A DNA stretch of 64,000 bases, from the NCBI GenBank assembly GCA_965116885.1, contig OZ220741.1, positions 4,256,001 to 4,320,000 of the forward strand, read 5' to 3'. Each line of letters opens with the position of its first letter. The first letter of the stretch is position 1. Source of the DNA: Candidatus Latescibacterota bacterium. GTDB lineage: Bacteria > Latescibacterota > UBA2968. The notes under the pieces were generated by a model that saw nothing but the letters and a program-made list of their open reading frames with translations, did no database searches and was not told where the DNA came from. Positions 48,091-59,657 of this stretch are shown here, piece after piece. Made by a program: the position numbers and the translations under genes.

Positions 48091-48360
48091 TCAACCGCGA
48101 ATATCCAGTGCCGCAATCAAGCTACGATAACCTTCTAAATCCACGCGCCGCAAATATCGCAACAGACGGCGACGACGCCCAACCAGTTTGAGCAGTCCTC
48201 GACGCGAGTGATGATCCTTCTTGTGGGTTTGAAAATGTTCGACCAGTTGTACAATACGCTCTGTAAGTTGCGCAATCTGGACTTGTGGCGATCCTGTATC
48301 GCCTTCTTTGCGCCCGTATTGTGTGATCAACTCGGCCTTCTTGTCTTTTGTTAACGCCAA
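48091..48360 (-). CDS. rpsO: 30S ribosomal protein S15
   Basis: [32 protein letters not shown]. Confidence 0.98.
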   Translation of the reverse strand: MALTKDKKAELITQYGRKEGDTGSPQVQIAQLTERIVQLVEHFQTHKKDHHSRRGLLKLVGRRRRLLRYLRRVDLEGYRSLIAALDIRG

Positions 48361-49304
48361 AATTTACCTCCATAGGTATGATGCCGCGAAAGCATATCTT
48401 CCGCGGTCTGTATATCTGCTTGAATCTGTTCGACTAACGCTTCTTTGCTGCCAAATTCACGCTCGCCGCGAATGCGGCGCCATATCTCAAGGGGTAAAAT
48501 TTTTCCATAGAGATTTTGTGAAAAATTGAGCAAATGTACTTCACAACGCGCTGACTGCCCCCCAAATGTTGGGCGTTCGCCATAATTGACAACAGCGATG
48601 TAGGGCTGATCCAGCCTGGCAATACCAGCATAAACACCCGGTGTTGGCAAAAGTTTTCCCGGCGTTTCAAACAAGAGATTAGCAGTGGGAAAACCAAGTG
48701 CCCTGCCCCGTTTCTCTCCCTCTACTACACGCCCCCACAAGGGATACGGATGTCCCATAAGCTGAATAACCGCATCCAGATCTCCGCCTAAGAGTGCGTT
48801 GCGAATACGAGTACTGCTCACAGGTTTTTCGGCAATGCACACAGCCGGTGGTGAAAAAACAGAGAAACCAAACTGTTTCCCCAATCTTTTCATCGTCTCA
48901 AACCCACCCTGACGCCCCCTTCCAAAACCGTGATCGTAACCTATGATCACAGACCTGGCACTGAGTCTATCAACCAGGAAGCATTTGACAAATACTTCGG
49001 GAGACATCCGCCGGAGTGCATCATCAAATTCAACAACAGCCAGAATATCCACCCCCAACGAGGCGAGACAATGCTTTTTTTCCTCAAGCGATGTCAACAC
49101 CCCAGGGGCATCGGCACCGTCGATAAACTGGCGAGGATGCGGGTCAAAAGTGACGACGACAGACGTGCCCCTACACGTCCGTGCCATATCAATCATAGCC
49201 TCAATGACAGAGACATGCCCGATGTGAATGCCGTCAAATGTTCCAACCGTGACCACCGGGTGAGCAAGCGCGACCGGTTCTTCAAGCGTTATGATGCGCA
49301 TCAT
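48351..49304 (-). CDS. ribF: Riboflavin kinase/FAD synthetase
   Basis: [33 protein letters not shown]. Confidence 0.96.
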   Translation of the reverse strand: MMRIITLEEPVALAHPVVTVGTFDGIHIGHVSVIEAMIDMARTCRGTSVVVTFDPHPRQFIDGADAPGVLTSLEEKKHCLASLGVDILAVVEFDDALRRMSPEVFVKCFLVDRLSARSVIIGYDHGFGRGRQGGFETMKRLGKQFGFSVFSPPAVCIAEKPVSSTRIRNALLGGDLDAVIQLMGHPYPLWGRVVEGEKRGRALGFPTANLLFETPGKLLPTPGVYAGIARLDQPYIAVVNYGERPTFGGQSARCEVHLLNFSQNLYGKILPLEIWRRIRGEREFGSKEALVEQIQADIQTAEDMLSRHHTYGGKFWR

Positions 49305-50176
49305 CAATTCTGGATCACGCGAATAGGCTTCAAGACGCCCTCGACGATATGACCGAGACCGAGCAAAATACCCCGGGAATTTTGCACTGTTACAATATCC
49401 TGGACATCTAATAAAATACCGGTCACGGAATTGCCATTTGAAAAACGCCCCTGCTGCGCCTCTGTCAAACACACCGATGACAGATTAAAAACAGCGTGGG
49501 GATTGAGCAACACATCAGCAATGCATTCTGCACGCTCGAGTTCATAAACCGAAACACATTGTCCCAATTCAATACACCCTACCGCAGTTCTGCGAAGCGT
49601 TGAGAGATGGGCACCACACCCGAGCCGTTTGCCGATATCGTCAGCAAGTGACCGAATATAAGTACCCTTAGAACAATGTACATTCAGGTGCAAGAGCGGT
49701 GGTGCATATACCGCAATATCGAGCTTATGTATGCATACATTACGCGCTGGGCGATCAATTTCAATACCTCTTCGGGCGAGTTCATAAAGCCTGCGCCCTC
49801 CCATACGTACGGCCGAATACATAGGCGGAACTTGTGCAATCGCCCCTCTGAATTCGGCAACGGCGGCATCGACCTGTGCATAATCGGTTGGAATATCTTC
49901 CGATCTGCTGGTAACCACACCATCGGCGTCGAGAGAATCGGTTGTCATTCCCAAACGCACAACCGCGCGATATTGTTTATCGCTGCCCGTAATATAAGAA
50001 CTCAGGCGCGTATAAGCCCCCAAACAAAGTAGCAAAACGCCTGTTGCCATAGGATCGAGGGTGCCTGTATGCCCTGCTTTTTTTATGTCAAAGTGCTTAC
50101 GCACCCAACTGACGACATCTTGAGAAGTCCAGCCAGCGGGTTTGTCTATGCATAGAAAACCGTTTATTGGCACCAC
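49304..50176 (-). CDS. truB: tRNA pseudouridine(55) synthase
   Basis: DKPAGWTS, GHTGTLDPMATG, QVPPMYSA, CSKGTYIRS. Confidence 0.97.
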   Translation of the reverse strand: MVPINGFLCIDKPAGWTSQDVVSWVRKHFDIKKAGHTGTLDPMATGVLLLCLGAYTRLSSYITGSDKQYRAVVRLGMTTDSLDADGVVTSRSEDIPTDYAQVDAAVAEFRGAIAQVPPMYSAVRMGGRRLYELARRGIEIDRPARNVCIHKLDIAVYAPPLLHLNVHCSKGTYIRSLADDIGKRLGCGAHLSTLRRTAVGCIELGQCVSVYELERAECIADVLLNPHAVFNLSSVCLTEAQQGRFSNGNSVTGILLDVQDIVTVQNSRGILLGLGHIVEGVLKPIRVIQN

Positions 50177-50518
50177 CTATGTGTTGAGACTTTTGAGCAA
50201 TTGCTCAATTCGAGTGCCCTGCGTAATGGAGTCATCCAGAGCGAAAAACAATTCGGGAACATGTCGCAAATGAACGCGCTGAGCGAGCGCACGACGGAAA
50301 AAAGACAGTGCGCCCATCAAGCGTTCGAGCACCTGTATTTGCGCTTCAGCCTCCCCCATCACACTGACGTAAACCCTCGCTGTGCGCAGATCCCGAGACA
50401 TCTCAACAGCCGTAATCGTGACTTCTGACAGACCGGGGTCACGGGTTTCCATGTGCAAAATTTCACTCAGAGCAACCTGAATGGCTTTTCCCACACTTTC
50501 CGGCCGATAAGATGGCAT
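50177..50518 (-). CDS. rbfA: Ribosome-binding factor A
   Basis: DP...VTIT.V.MSRDL..A.VY, LRHVPEL.F..D; operon position. Confidence 0.95.
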   Translation of the reverse strand: MPSYRPESVGKAIQVALSEILHMETRDPGLSEVTITAVEMSRDLRTARVYVSVMGEAEAQIQVLERLMGALSFFRRALAQRVHLRHVPELFFALDDSITQGTRIEQLLKSLNT

Positions 50519-50519
50519 G

Positions 50520-50801
50520 TCAGAGCAACTCCAGCGAATAGTCCATCAAAATAAGGCGATCTTCGCGCTCGATTAAATCAACCACCTTTGACAACACCTG
50601 ATTGGCATACCGCGAATCGTTGGCAACTGTTGCGATACCCAACTGTGCCCTTTGCCAGCGATCATTGTCGCCCAGTTCGGCAACAGAGACATTGAATTTG
50701 TTGCGTGCGCGCGTCGTGATGCTCTTGAGCACGCTGCGTTTCTGTTTCAGCGAGGCGCATTCGGGCAAATACAAATCGATATGACAAAAACCAATGGTCA
50801 T
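50520..50801 (-). CDS. DUF503 (YlxP-like) protein
   Basis: SLKQKRSV, KFNVSVAE...D.WQRA; lies between infB and rbfA. Confidence 0.9.
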   Translation of the reverse strand: MTIGFCHIDLYLPECASLKQKRSVLKSITTRARNKFNVSVAELGDNDRWQRAQLGIATVANDSRYANQVLSKVVDLIEREDRLILMDYSLELL

Positions 50802-53233
50802 AAGATCGTGCGAGTAGTTTCAACGCGTTCGTAAGTTTCAATGACATCGCCGACTTTGACATCGTTAAAATTTTCGATACCAATGCCGCATTCAAAGCCG
50901 TTTTGCACCTCGCGAACATCATCTTTAAAACGCCGTAAAGATCCAATACGGCCTTCGTAAATAATAACGCCATCGCGCAAAACGCGCGCATTAGTCGTGC
51001 GGTGGATGAGCCCTTGAGAAACCAGACAGCCGGCAATTGTACCAACACGCGGCACCTGGAAAAGCTCGCGCACCTGTGCTTCTCCCTGCACATTTTCTTC
51101 AATTTTGGGTGCCAACAATCCAGAAAGGGCGGCGCGAATGTCTTCGACTACTTCGTAAATCACGCGATACAAGCGAATGTCAACGCGTTCTCGTGCTGCA
51201 ACTTCTCTTGCATTTGCATCGGGACGCACATTAAATCCGATGATGATGGCATCTGAGGCGGATGCGAGCAGAATGTCAGATTCGGAGATCGCCCCCACAG
51301 CGCGGTGAATCACCGATAGCTGCACTTCTTCGTGCTCGATTTGCAATAGCGCGTCTTGCAAAGCCTCGACAGACCCATCGACATCGCCTTTGATAATCAG
51401 GCGTAATTCTTCCATATTGCCCGTCTCAATCTGGTTGTGAATGTCGGACAACGATACGCGGCGTACCCGATGAAATTCTTGTTCGCGCCTGAGTTGCTGC
51501 CGTTTTTGGCTGATATCGCGAGCTTCGCGCTCATTTTCAACGACGTGAAATGTATCTCCTGCCTGGGGCAATCCCGCCAGTCCGAGAACCTGAACCGGAC
51601 GAGAAGGGCCAGCCGTTACTACGGATAGACCGCGCTCGTCAAGCATTGCGCGGACGCGTCCACTAAACATGCCAGTAATAAAAGGATCACCCACTTGTAG
51701 CCTGCCTTCTTGCACGAGCACTGTGGCGATATTTCCTCGTCCTCGGTCAAGTTTTGATTCTACAATGGTACCTTTGGCGCGCTTATCTGGATCTGCCGTA
51801 AGCTCGAGCATTTCTGTTTCAAGAGCCAATAGCTCGAGCAGAGCATCGACATTCTGTCCCGTTTTAGCGGAAATTTCGCAAACTTGAACACTACCGCCAT
51901 AATCTTCTACGACGACATTGTGCTCAGTCAACTCCCGTTTGATTTTATCGGGATCGGCGGTGGGCAAGTCGATTTTGTTTACTGCAACGACCAGGGGTAC
52001 ATTGGCCGCTTTGGCATGATCAATGGCTTCTACTGTCTGGGGCATCACACTATCATCTGCAGCCACAATCAGAACAACGACATCCGTTACACTGGCACCT
52101 CTGGCACGCATCGCCGTAAAAGCTTCGTGCCCGGGCGTATCGAGAAAACATATTTCACGACCATTACCGAGTTCAACGTGATACGCACCAATATGCTGCG
52201 TAATACCGCCGGCTTCACCTTCCATCACATTGGTCTCTCGGATATAATCCAAAAGAGATGTTTTGCCGTGATCCACATGTCCCATAATTGTCACTACCGG
52301 GGGTCTTGGTTTTAGACTCTCATCAGAAGCTTCTACCTCTGCATTTTCCAATATCTCTTCGCCGTATTCTTCGAGTTGCTCAATGCCAAAACCAAATTCA
52401 TCGGCAACAAGCGTGATAGTGTCCATATCGAGGCGCTGATTGATGGTCGCCACCATGCCGAGTTTGAGACATTGTGTGATGACTTCTGTGGGGCGCACAT
52501 CCATCTGAGAAGCGAGTTCGCCAATGGTTGTAAACTCATTGACTTTGAGAACTTGTCCGTCTGCGGTTTCGGCTTCGGGCTTTTCACTGTCTTGACGCCG
52601 GCGACGGCGCACCCGTGATGGTGCTGCGCCACTCGACATTTGCGCCCGTGTTCGACGCACATTTTCTAATACTTCGCGCTCATCAACGACAGGGCGCTTA
52701 CGCCTGCGGCGACGTTTTCTTGGAGACCGCGTGCGGCTTTTCTTTACCTGTGCGGGTTTTTCTTCAGACTTGGCTTTGTCCTGAACTACGGGTTTTTCTT
52801 CTTTGGTTTTTGGCGCTTTTGTTTCGGGTTTCTGCACCGGTGTCTGACTGACATCTTCTACGACAACAGTTGGATAATCTGTTCGGCGTCTTCTGCGCCG
52901 CGGGCGCTGCCTTCTCTCGCCGCGGGTCTCAGTCTTTTCAGCAGGCTGAGCCGAACGAGCCCGGCTCACGCGAGGCTTTTGCACGTGACTTTCGCGTTCT
53001 TTTCTTTCATCATCCTTGCGTCTGAGTTTTCGCCGCGTCGCCTGGCGTTCTGAATCAAATTTCTCTTGCACTGCATTGACCATTGCAGTCGTACAGACCG
53101 CCATGTGGTTTTTGACTTCAAAACCAAGGCTTCTAATCTGCTCAACCATTGCGACGCTCGACAAATTGAACTCGCGCGCAATCTCGTAAACTCGTTTTTT
53201 CTTAGCTATTGTTTTGCCTTTTGTCTTCGCCAA
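50798..53233 (-). CDS. infB: Translation initiation factor IF-2
   Basis: [28 protein letters not shown]; probable TTG start at 53233 after GGAGGTGA. Confidence 0.97.
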   Translation of the reverse strand: MAKTKGKTIAKKKRVYEIAREFNLSSVAMVEQIRSLGFEVKNHMAVCTTAMVNAVQEKFDSERQATRRKLRRKDDERKERESHVQKPRVSRARSAQPAEKTETRGERRQRPRRRRRRTDYPTVVVEDVSQTPVQKPETKAPKTKEEKPVVQDKAKSEEKPAQVKKSRTRSPRKRRRRRKRPVVDEREVLENVRRTRAQMSSGAAPSRVRRRRRQDSEKPEAETADGQVLKVNEFTTIGELASQMDVRPTEVITQCLKLGMVATINQRLDMDTITLVADEFGFGIEQLEEYGEEILENAEVEASDESLKPRPPVVTIMGHVDHGKTSLLDYIRETNVMEGEAGGITQHIGAYHVELGNGREICFLDTPGHEAFTAMRARGASVTDVVVLIVAADDSVMPQTVEAIDHAKAANVPLVVAVNKIDLPTADPDKIKRELTEHNVVVEDYGGSVQVCEISAKTGQNVDALLELLALETEMLELTADPDKRAKGTIVESKLDRGRGNIATVLVQEGRLQVGDPFITGMFSGRVRAMLDERGLSVVTAGPSRPVQVLGLAGLPQAGDTFHVVENEREARDISQKRQQLRREQEFHRVRRVSLSDIHNQIETGNMEELRLIIKGDVDGSVEALQDALLQIEHEEVQLSVIHRAVGAISESDILLASASDAIIIGFNVRPDANAREVAARERVDIRLYRVIYEVVEDIRAALSGLLAPKIEENVQGEAQVRELFQVPRVGTIAGCLVSQGLIHRTTNARVLRDGVIIYEGRIGSLRRFKDDVREVQNGFECGIGIENFNDVKVGDVIETYERVETTRTIL

Positions 53234-53248
53234 TAGGTTCACCTCCGA

Positions 53249-54610
53249 TCATTCGTCATTTTCAGATGTATTGTCAGTAGATTTTGTTTCCTCTGCTTCT
53301 GCTTGCAAACGCGCTTGTTCTTCGCGGTAAGCAGATACTTTGTCATTAACAATTCCCTGCGCGGTCTCTCGCAACTTCTCAGCCGTCGTTTCACCGATAC
53401 CAGGCACTTTGAGCAACGTATTTAAAGATACGCGGACGAGGTCGTTGGCAGACAATATACCCGCGGCCTCAAGGCGATTTCGCGTCACTTGACCAGTGCC
53501 GGGAACTTCGGCCAATGGCACTGTCGTGGCCTGGCGTTCGGTTAGTATTTCCTCATAACGTGTTTCCGTCATGATATCGACATGCCAGCCAGTTAACTGC
53601 GATGCCAAACGGGCGTTCTGCCCCTCTTTGCCAATAGCCAGTGAAAGCTGATCATCATCAACTATAGCCGACATGCGTTTTTCGCGTCGGTCAATCACCA
53701 CGCGACGGACTGTGGCAGGGTTCAAAGCACGCGACAAAAAGATCGCTTCGTCGTCACTCCAGGGGACAATATCTATGCGTTCACTACTCAACTCGCGCAC
53801 CACAGCCTGTACACGCGAGCCTTTCATACCCACGCAAGCACCTACGGGGTCTATGCGCGCATCATTGGAGTAAACAGCAATTTTGGCCCGCACACCTGGT
53901 TCGCGCGAAACGGCCTTAATTTCGATAACACCTTCATAAATTTCAGGAACTTCAAGCTGAAAGAGCCTTTCGAGAAATATCGGATGTGTGCGACTCAACA
54001 CCACCTGGGGGCCTTTGGCTGTACGCAAAACATCGAGCAAGTAGGCCCGAATGGGATCTCCCTGTCGATAGCGTTCCTTTCTGATTTGCTCCTTAAGCGG
54101 AATAATCGCTTCTGTTCGCCCCAGGTTGATCAGAATATCCCCCCGACTGATTTGCTGCACGGTTCCCGAAACAATCTCTCCGATGCGTCCCTGATAATCT
54201 TCGTAGATTTTCTCGCGCTCGGCTTCCCTGACCCGTTGGACGAGTACCTGCCTTGTCGTTTGAATCGCATTGCGCCCAAAATCGGCAAAATTGAGGCGGA
54301 ACCTCACTTCTCCGCCGACCTTCGCATCTGTGTCTGCTTTTCGCGCTTGTGTCACGCCAATTTGGATTCCCGGATCTTCAACCAAGTCGTCGGCAACAAT
54401 TTCTTTGACTGCTTCAACGACAATCTCTCCAGAGTTGTTGTCGAAGTTGACTTCCACATTGTCTCCGGTTCCAAACCGCTTTTTTGCCGCAGAGATTAAC
54501 CCCATTTCAAGGGTTTCGATAACCATATCTCGGTTGACATTTTTTTCCTGGGCAATTTGCCTTAACGCTTCGAGTACTTCGTAATTCAAGTGAGGATCCT
54601 CCTCAACCAT
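53249..54610 (-). CDS. nusA: Transcription termination factor NusA
   Basis: FGRNA, LSRT, REPG.RAKIAV, DPVGACVG, SLAIGKEGQNARLA. Confidence 0.97.
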   Translation of the reverse strand: MVEEDPHLNYEVLEALRQIAQEKNVNRDMVIETLEMGLISAAKKRFGTGDNVEVNFDNNSGEIVVEAVKEIVADDLVEDPGIQIGVTQARKADTDAKVGGEVRFRLNFADFGRNAIQTTRQVLVQRVREAEREKIYEDYQGRIGEIVSGTVQQISRGDILINLGRTEAIIPLKEQIRKERYRQGDPIRAYLLDVLRTAKGPQVVLSRTHPIFLERLFQLEVPEIYEGVIEIKAVSREPGVRAKIAVYSNDARIDPVGACVGMKGSRVQAVVRELSSERIDIVPWSDDEAIFLSRALNPATVRRVVIDRREKRMSAIVDDDQLSLAIGKEGQNARLASQLTGWHVDIMTETRYEEILTERQATTVPLAEVPGTGQVTRNRLEAAGILSANDLVRVSLNTLLKVPGIGETTAEKLRETAQGIVNDKVSAYREEQARLQAEAEETKSTDNTSENDE

Positions 54611-55062
54611 TACAACTTAAAATGCACAGTGGCTTTCTGAATTTTTTCGCGTTCAATAATGGTTCGTTCACCTTGTAACTCGACATCGAGATGATCGGCT
54701 TTGACCTGTAAGAGCGTTCCGACCACAACACCCAGGCCATCTACAACAAGGCGAAGTGCTTTACCAACTACCCGCTCAAAATCTCGGTCTGTCTTTAAGG
54801 GCCGCGTCAAACCAGGAGATGAAACTTCGAGCAGATATGTGCCATCAATAGGATCGCGCGTATCCAGCATATCTGCAATATCCCGACTGAGCACAGCACA
54901 TTCGTCAACTGTAATTCCATCGGGGCGATCGACAAAGATGCGTACGATTTGCCGTCTATGGTTGCCAGAAACCGCTAACTCAACCAACTCGACATCCCGA
55001 CGCTTGAGAAGCGGAAGAATCAGATGGGTCAGGGTGTCTTTGATAAGCATTGGATAACTCAA
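54610..55062 (-). CDS. rimP: Ribosome maturation factor RimP
   Basis: GITVDEC..LSR, YLLEVSSPGL.RPL; start 55062 (TTG) or 55050 (ATG). Confidence 0.95.
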   Translation of the reverse strand: MSYPMLIKDTLTHLILPLLKRRDVELVELAVSGNHRRQIVRIFVDRPDGITVDECAVLSRDIADMLDTRDPIDGTYLLEVSSPGLTRPLKTDRDFERVVGKALRLVVDGLGVVVGTLLQVKADHLDVELQGERTIIEREKIQKATVHFKL

Positions 55063-55135
55063 GACTGCCGCTTTATCACACGTTGGAGCTATGCCTTACA
55101 GTAGGCCTGGCGGTTCTAACTACCCCCATATACTC

Positions 55136-55160
55136 AAAAGAGTGGGCAGAAGCCCACTCT
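55136..55160 (-). promoter_or_regulatory. rimP leader hairpin
   Basis: AGAGTGGGC-TTCT-GCCCACTCT-TTT upstream of rimP, matching the known GGGC/GCCC rimP-leader stem. Confidence 0.75.
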
Positions 55161-55206
55161 ATAATCAGAAATTAAATATAGAAAATTATATAGTATAACG
55201 CAAGTT

Positions 55207-55593
55207 TTATTTCCCCGCATTCGATGTCTTATCTCCTTCTATCAGTTGCTTGAGTTCGACTAACATTCGCTGTAATTCAACCAGTGGATTTTCAATATTA
55301 GACGTCGCGCCTTCAATACTCTGGTTTTCCCATAAACTGCGGTCTATTTTCAGCCTTTCAACCGCCCCCCGAATCGTGTATTTCTGGCCATAGAGCAAGT
55401 CCTTAATAGCCAAAATGACCTTGATGTTTCGCTCTGTGTACGTGCGATTTCCCGACCGACCACGTCTGGGGTTCAGTTGGGAAAACTCCTTCTCCCAAAA
55501 CCGCAAGACATGAGATTCTACGCCAGTGAGTTCCGATACCTCGCGGATCGAGTAATAGAGCTTTTTGATACCCGTTGAACGCATAAATATCAC
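55207..55593 (-). CDS. MerR family HTH protein
   Basis: KLYYSIREVS...HVLRFWEKEF..L.P...GNRTY...YTIRGA. Confidence 0.9.
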   Translation of the reverse strand: MIFMRSTGIKKLYYSIREVSELTGVESHVLRFWEKEFSQLNPRRGRSGNRTYTERNIKVILAIKDLLYGQKYTIRGAVERLKIDRSLWENQSIEGATSNIENPLVELQRMLVELKQLIEGDKTSNAGK

Positions 55594-56894
55594 TTCTTTT
55601 TAAATAAGATGCGGATGGGTGTACCCCAAAAATCAAACGCCTGTCTGAGTCTGCGCTCTAAAAACCGGCGGTAGTGCAGGGGAACATCTTTGGGGCGCCC
55701 GGTAAAAAAGAGAATGGTTGGCGGTGCACTGCGCGGCATAACGCAGAAAGACATGCGAAAGACCCGTCCATTCTTGGTAGGCGGAGCCGTTGTTGAATTG
55801 AGATGCGTCAAAAAGTCGTTCAAATCACCCGTTGAAATGCGATGGCGACGTTTCAGTGCCACATCCAGAGCCAGATCAATAACGCGCCAGGCGCGTTGTC
55901 CTGTAAGCGCCGAGAGAAAAACAATGGGATAGTTTTCGAGATGTACAAAGCGCGAGCGGATTTGTTGCGCTATTTTATCGGCTGTGTGGCCGTCTTTTTC
56001 AATCAAGTCCCATTTGTTGATACCTACGATCAGCCCCTTGCCCAACGCAACAGCGCGTTCTGAAATTTTGACATCCTGTACTGTACATCCTTCCACTGCA
56101 TCAACCAACACAATCGCCACATCGGATCGCTCAAGGCTTTCCACAGTACGGAGCGAACTGTAAAAATCGACTTGCTCTTTGACACGCGTCCGCCGCCTCA
56201 AACCCGCTGTGTCAACGAGAACAAATGGCCGTCCATTGCGTTCCATCGAGAGGTCAATCGCATCGCGAGTCGTTCCCGGAATCTCGCTCACCACCACCCG
56301 ATCCCGCCCCAGCAGACGGTTCACAAAGGTAGATTTACCCATGTTCGGACGGCCCAATACCGCGATTCGAGGGGGCAATTCTTCTTGTGAGTCGCCTTCT
56401 TCTTCTGGCAAACAGGTGAGGATTTCATCCAGCAAGTCACCCGATTGCCGTCCATTGATAGCAGAAACGCACAGCGGATCGCCAAGTGCGAGACCGTAAA
56501 AGGCCGCGCCATCGGCTTCGTTCTCATCTTTATCGACTTTGTTGACAATCAGCCGATATGGCGCGCCGGAGTCTCGGATCTTGCGCGCCATAATTGCGTC
56601 GTAATCCGTAGGGCCGGTCACTGCATCTACCACAAAGAGCAACAGGTCTGCTTCCCCCCAAGCAAGCTCGACCTGCCGAGAAACCAGATCGGCCATTATT
56701 TCGTCTGAATTGGGCACATATCCACCCGTATCGACCAGCGTAAACGTTCTGCCATTCCAGGTACACTGGGCATAATTGCGATCGCGCGTAACACCGGGAA
56801 AGTCATCTACCACAGCTTTGCGCTCGCCAATTAGTCGATTAAAGAGTGTTGACTTGCCGACATTTGGCCGTCCTACAATCGCCACGACGCCCAT
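55590..56894 (-). CDS. der: Ribosome biogenesis GTPase Der
   Basis: Two G domains (GRPNVGKS/DTGG/NKVD and GRPNMGKS/DTAG/NKWD) plus KH-like tail GTPI. Confidence 0.97.
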   Translation of the reverse strand: MGVVAIVGRPNVGKSTLFNRLIGERKAVVDDFPGVTRDRNYAQCTWNGRTFTLVDTGGYVPNSDEIMADLVSRQVELAWGEADLLLFVVDAVTGPTDYDAIMARKIRDSGAPYRLIVNKVDKDENEADGAAFYGLALGDPLCVSAINGRQSGDLLDEILTCLPEEEGDSQEELPPRIAVLGRPNMGKSTFVNRLLGRDRVVVSEIPGTTRDAIDLSMERNGRPFVLVDTAGLRRRTRVKEQVDFYSSLRTVESLERSDVAIVLVDAVEGCTVQDVKISERAVALGKGLIVGINKWDLIEKDGHTADKIAQQIRSRFVHLENYPIVFLSALTGQRAWRVIDLALDVALKRRHRISTGDLNDFLTHLNSTTAPPTKNGRVFRMSFCVMPRSAPPTILFFTGRPKDVPLHYRRFLERRLRQAFDFWGTPIRILFKKK

Positions 56895-56897
56895 TGC

Positions 56898-58322
56898 CTA
56901 ATTCTCCATCTGATGTGATGCAATATACGGGTGCGCCACAATCTCACTGCCTGCACCTACAACAGCAGACACACCCTCGACGGCATTTTGAATGGTCTCC
57001 ACCAGATCGTAAGTACCCACAATGATCCGACAGCCCACCTCTTGCACCAGGTCTTCAAGCAAAAGGTCATCTAAAAATAAACCATTATGATTTAAGCAGT
57101 TGGGAGGTAAAAGGACGGTCTCATCGCTTCTGATAGAGGCATCTGTCAGGGTGCGACCAATATCATAGCCCGATAGCAACCCAGAAACCGTTATACCTTC
57201 GCCAAGAAAGCGGTTGACCACAGGGACAACGCGGGCATTAATCCAGGAAATACGGTTCAAACGTTTGACCATTGCATCTAAAAAATGCGTACCCAACATA
57301 CCCGTTACAAGAACAAAACGCTGCGGTGGTAATGCTAAATTCTCGAGATCCTCAATCCGATCTTCAAATCCATCGACAAAGCGGCGAACCATGCCAATTC
57401 CATTTTCGACGAGTGGAAACCCATCGTATTCAGATTGGGGAGGCACAGATTGGCCCGTCAGTAAATACATTTCATCGCCCAAATACACAAAGCGCGTACC
57501 CAGGCGTTTTTTAAGCATACTCTGCCACGCTGTTACCTGGCGAATTGCCAGGGCTGCATCGGCTTGTGTCACGCGGTTCAAGCTGGGGAGGTTTTTGCGA
57601 AATTTCGTCAAGCCCAGTGGCACAACCCCCACGGATTCAACGTGCGGATGACGCGCAGCGAGATCAAAAACCGTCTGTTTAAGTGCCTGATCATCGTTGA
57701 TACCCGGGCACAAGACTACTTGCGCGTGCATCTGAATCCCATGCAGGGCTAAGATATCAATCCTATCCAAAACAGGTGTTGCCCGTCTGCGACCGAGCAA
57801 CTCGGCTCGCAATTCGGGATCTGTTGCGTGAACCGAGATATACATTGGACTCAATTTTTGGTCAATAATGCGCTGAAATTCATCCTCAGATAGGTTAGTC
57901 AGCGTGACATAAGCCCCGTGTAGAAAAGACAATCGATAGTCGTCATCCTGGTAATACAGGGTCTTGCGCAGACCTTTGGGCATCTGATGCAAAAAGCAAA
58001 AAACGCACTTATTATCGCATTTGAGAATGGGCATGTCTTCAAAATCCACGCCCAGATCGTCTTCAATATCTTTTTCAATCTCAAATAAAAATCGCTCCTC
58101 GCCTCGCCGCACTGTGGCCGACACGTCTTCTTCACCCATGTAAAAACGATAATCAATGGGATCGCGCACCGGGTGTCCATTGATCGTTTCTACGACATCG
58201 CCGCGCTGCAACCCAATTGCTTCCCCAATGCCATCGGGATGTACCAGACGAATTTGCAAACCGGACTCAACGCGTTCAACACTGCGCCGTCCCTCGACCT
58301 GCGCTCCTTTTATAACATCCAT
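56898..58322 (-). CDS. PDZ plus radical-SAM-like DUF512 protein
   Basis: CDNKCVFC, DDDYRLSFL.G.Y.TLTN, ENGIG, TVSGLL.G.D. Confidence 0.88.
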   Translation of the reverse strand: MDVIKGAQVEGRRSVERVESGLQIRLVHPDGIGEAIGLQRGDVVETINGHPVRDPIDYRFYMGEEDVSATVRRGEERFLFEIEKDIEDDLGVDFEDMPILKCDNKCVFCFLHQMPKGLRKTLYYQDDDYRLSFLHGAYVTLTNLSEDEFQRIIDQKLSPMYISVHATDPELRAELLGRRRATPVLDRIDILALHGIQMHAQVVLCPGINDDQALKQTVFDLAARHPHVESVGVVPLGLTKFRKNLPSLNRVTQADAALAIRQVTAWQSMLKKRLGTRFVYLGDEMYLLTGQSVPPQSEYDGFPLVENGIGMVRRFVDGFEDRIEDLENLALPPQRFVLVTGMLGTHFLDAMVKRLNRISWINARVVPVVNRFLGEGITVSGLLSGYDIGRTLTDASIRSDETVLLPPNCLNHNGLFLDDLLLEDLVQEVGCRIIVGTYDLVETIQNAVEGVSAVVGAGSEIVAHPYIASHQMEN

Positions 58323-58584
58323 TTCAATTCCAGTAATTGATTGTTAGACAATACAATATTTCAATAACTTATAAGTATTCCTAAACCGCAAAAACTTACG
58401 ATAAAGCCAAAATAAGGTCAAGGGAAAAGCCGACTTCCCGCGATATTAATATCTGACAAGTTCAGAATATCTCTTTATCTTGGATACTGTCAAAATACGA
58501 AAAAATATTCTCCAGTCAACATGGGCAGTTATCCCTTTCATAAAGACATGAATGGATAAATCACTTTTGAGGAGAACATAGCCT

Positions 58585-59277
58585 ATGCCGGCTCCCCCAC
58601 GCATCTCGGTTATTATTCCGGTTTTTAACGAGCAGGATGCCATAGAAAAAGTAATTGGCGATATTCCCAGTCATTTACCCACCGAAATCATCGTAGTCGA
58701 TAATGGATCAACTGATCAAACTGCAAAATTAGCCGCTGCAATGGGCGCGCGCATTATTCGAGAAAATCGCCGCGGGTACGGTTCTGCCTGTCTCGCGGGT
58801 ATAGCAGCAACCAACGAGCCTGATATCGTGGTCTTTCTCGATGGCGACTACAGCGATCACCCCAACGAAATGCCGGATCTGATTGCACCCATCCTGGAAA
58901 ATCGCGCCGACCTCGTGATAGGCTCGCGCGTTCTGGGCAATAGCGAACCCGGTGCGCTGATGATTCAGGCGCGCTTTGGCAACCGTCTGGCCACCAGCCT
59001 TATCAAAATCCTCTTTGGCGTATCCTATACAGACCTGGGACCTTTTCGAGCGATTCGCTATCTGGCACTTCTGGACTTAAATATGCGGGATAAGACTTTT
59101 GGATGGACAGTAGAAATGCAGGTCAAAGCAGCAAAACAGGCGTTAAAAATACAAGAAGTGCCGGTAAGTTATAGAAAACGCATCGGCGTTTCCAAAATTA
59201 CCGGCACTCTAAAAGGCACCCTCAAGGCAGGGTGGAAAATTTTATTTACAATTTTTAAGTACTGGTTGACAAAGTGA
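58585..59277 (+). CDS. GT2 family glycosyltransferase (DPM synthase-like)
   Basis: SVIIPVFNE, VVDNGSTD, FLDGD, DLVIGSR, TDLGPFR. Confidence 0.92.
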   Translation: MPAPPRISVIIPVFNEQDAIEKVIGDIPSHLPTEIIVVDNGSTDQTAKLAAAMGARIIRENRRGYGSACLAGIAATNEPDIVVFLDGDYSDHPNEMPDLIAPILENRADLVIGSRVLGNSEPGALMIQARFGNRLATSLIKILFGVSYTDLGPFRAIRYLALLDLNMRDKTFGWTVEMQVKAAKQALKIQEVPVSYRKRIGVSKITGTLKGTLKAGWKILFTIFKYWLTK

Positions 59278-59306
59278 GACGTAAGAGCATCCTCATCCCC
59301 CACTTC

Positions 59307-59603
59307 TCACTTTTTCGCGTCATCTATATGCTGCTCCAAACGCCTGAGTGCTTCATCTACGCGAATGTGGTCCTCTCTACGCCGAGTGCGTTGGCGCACA
59401 ATTTGATTGGCAATATCAAATGCGGCCATCAGTGCAATACGGGTGGTATCACCCGTATTTTCGGTTTCGGCAATCTGGTGCATCTTTTGATTGATAAAAT
59501 GTGAAATTTTAGAGGTATATTCCTCCGACTCCTCACTGCTGAGTACATACTCAGAGCCAAAGATCGTCACCTTCGTCTTATGTAAATCATTAGAATGGGA
59601 CAT
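59307..59603 (-). CDS. zapA: Cell division protein ZapA
   Basis: KVTIFGSEY, ...M..I...RIALMAA..IA, C-terminal coiled coil. Confidence 0.85.
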   Translation of the reverse strand: MSHSNDLHKTKVTIFGSEYVLSSEESEEYTSKISHFINQKMHQIAETENTGDTTRIALMAAFDIANQIVRQRTRRREDHIRVDEALRRLEQHIDDAKK

Positions 59604-59657
59604 ATAAATTGTCAGTCGTCGGTTGTCAGCCCCCAACCCCTTGGGATGGGTGCTATA

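Noticed and set aside
58585..59277. GT2 gene as the glycocin-type transferase for the precursor
   Set aside because: It is 29 kb away in core-genome context and is a short DPM-synthase-like enzyme without the extra domains of SunS-type proteins.
59278..59306. 6S RNA expected downstream of zapA
   Set aside because: Only ~30 bp separate zapA from the convergent GT2 gene, so there is no room.
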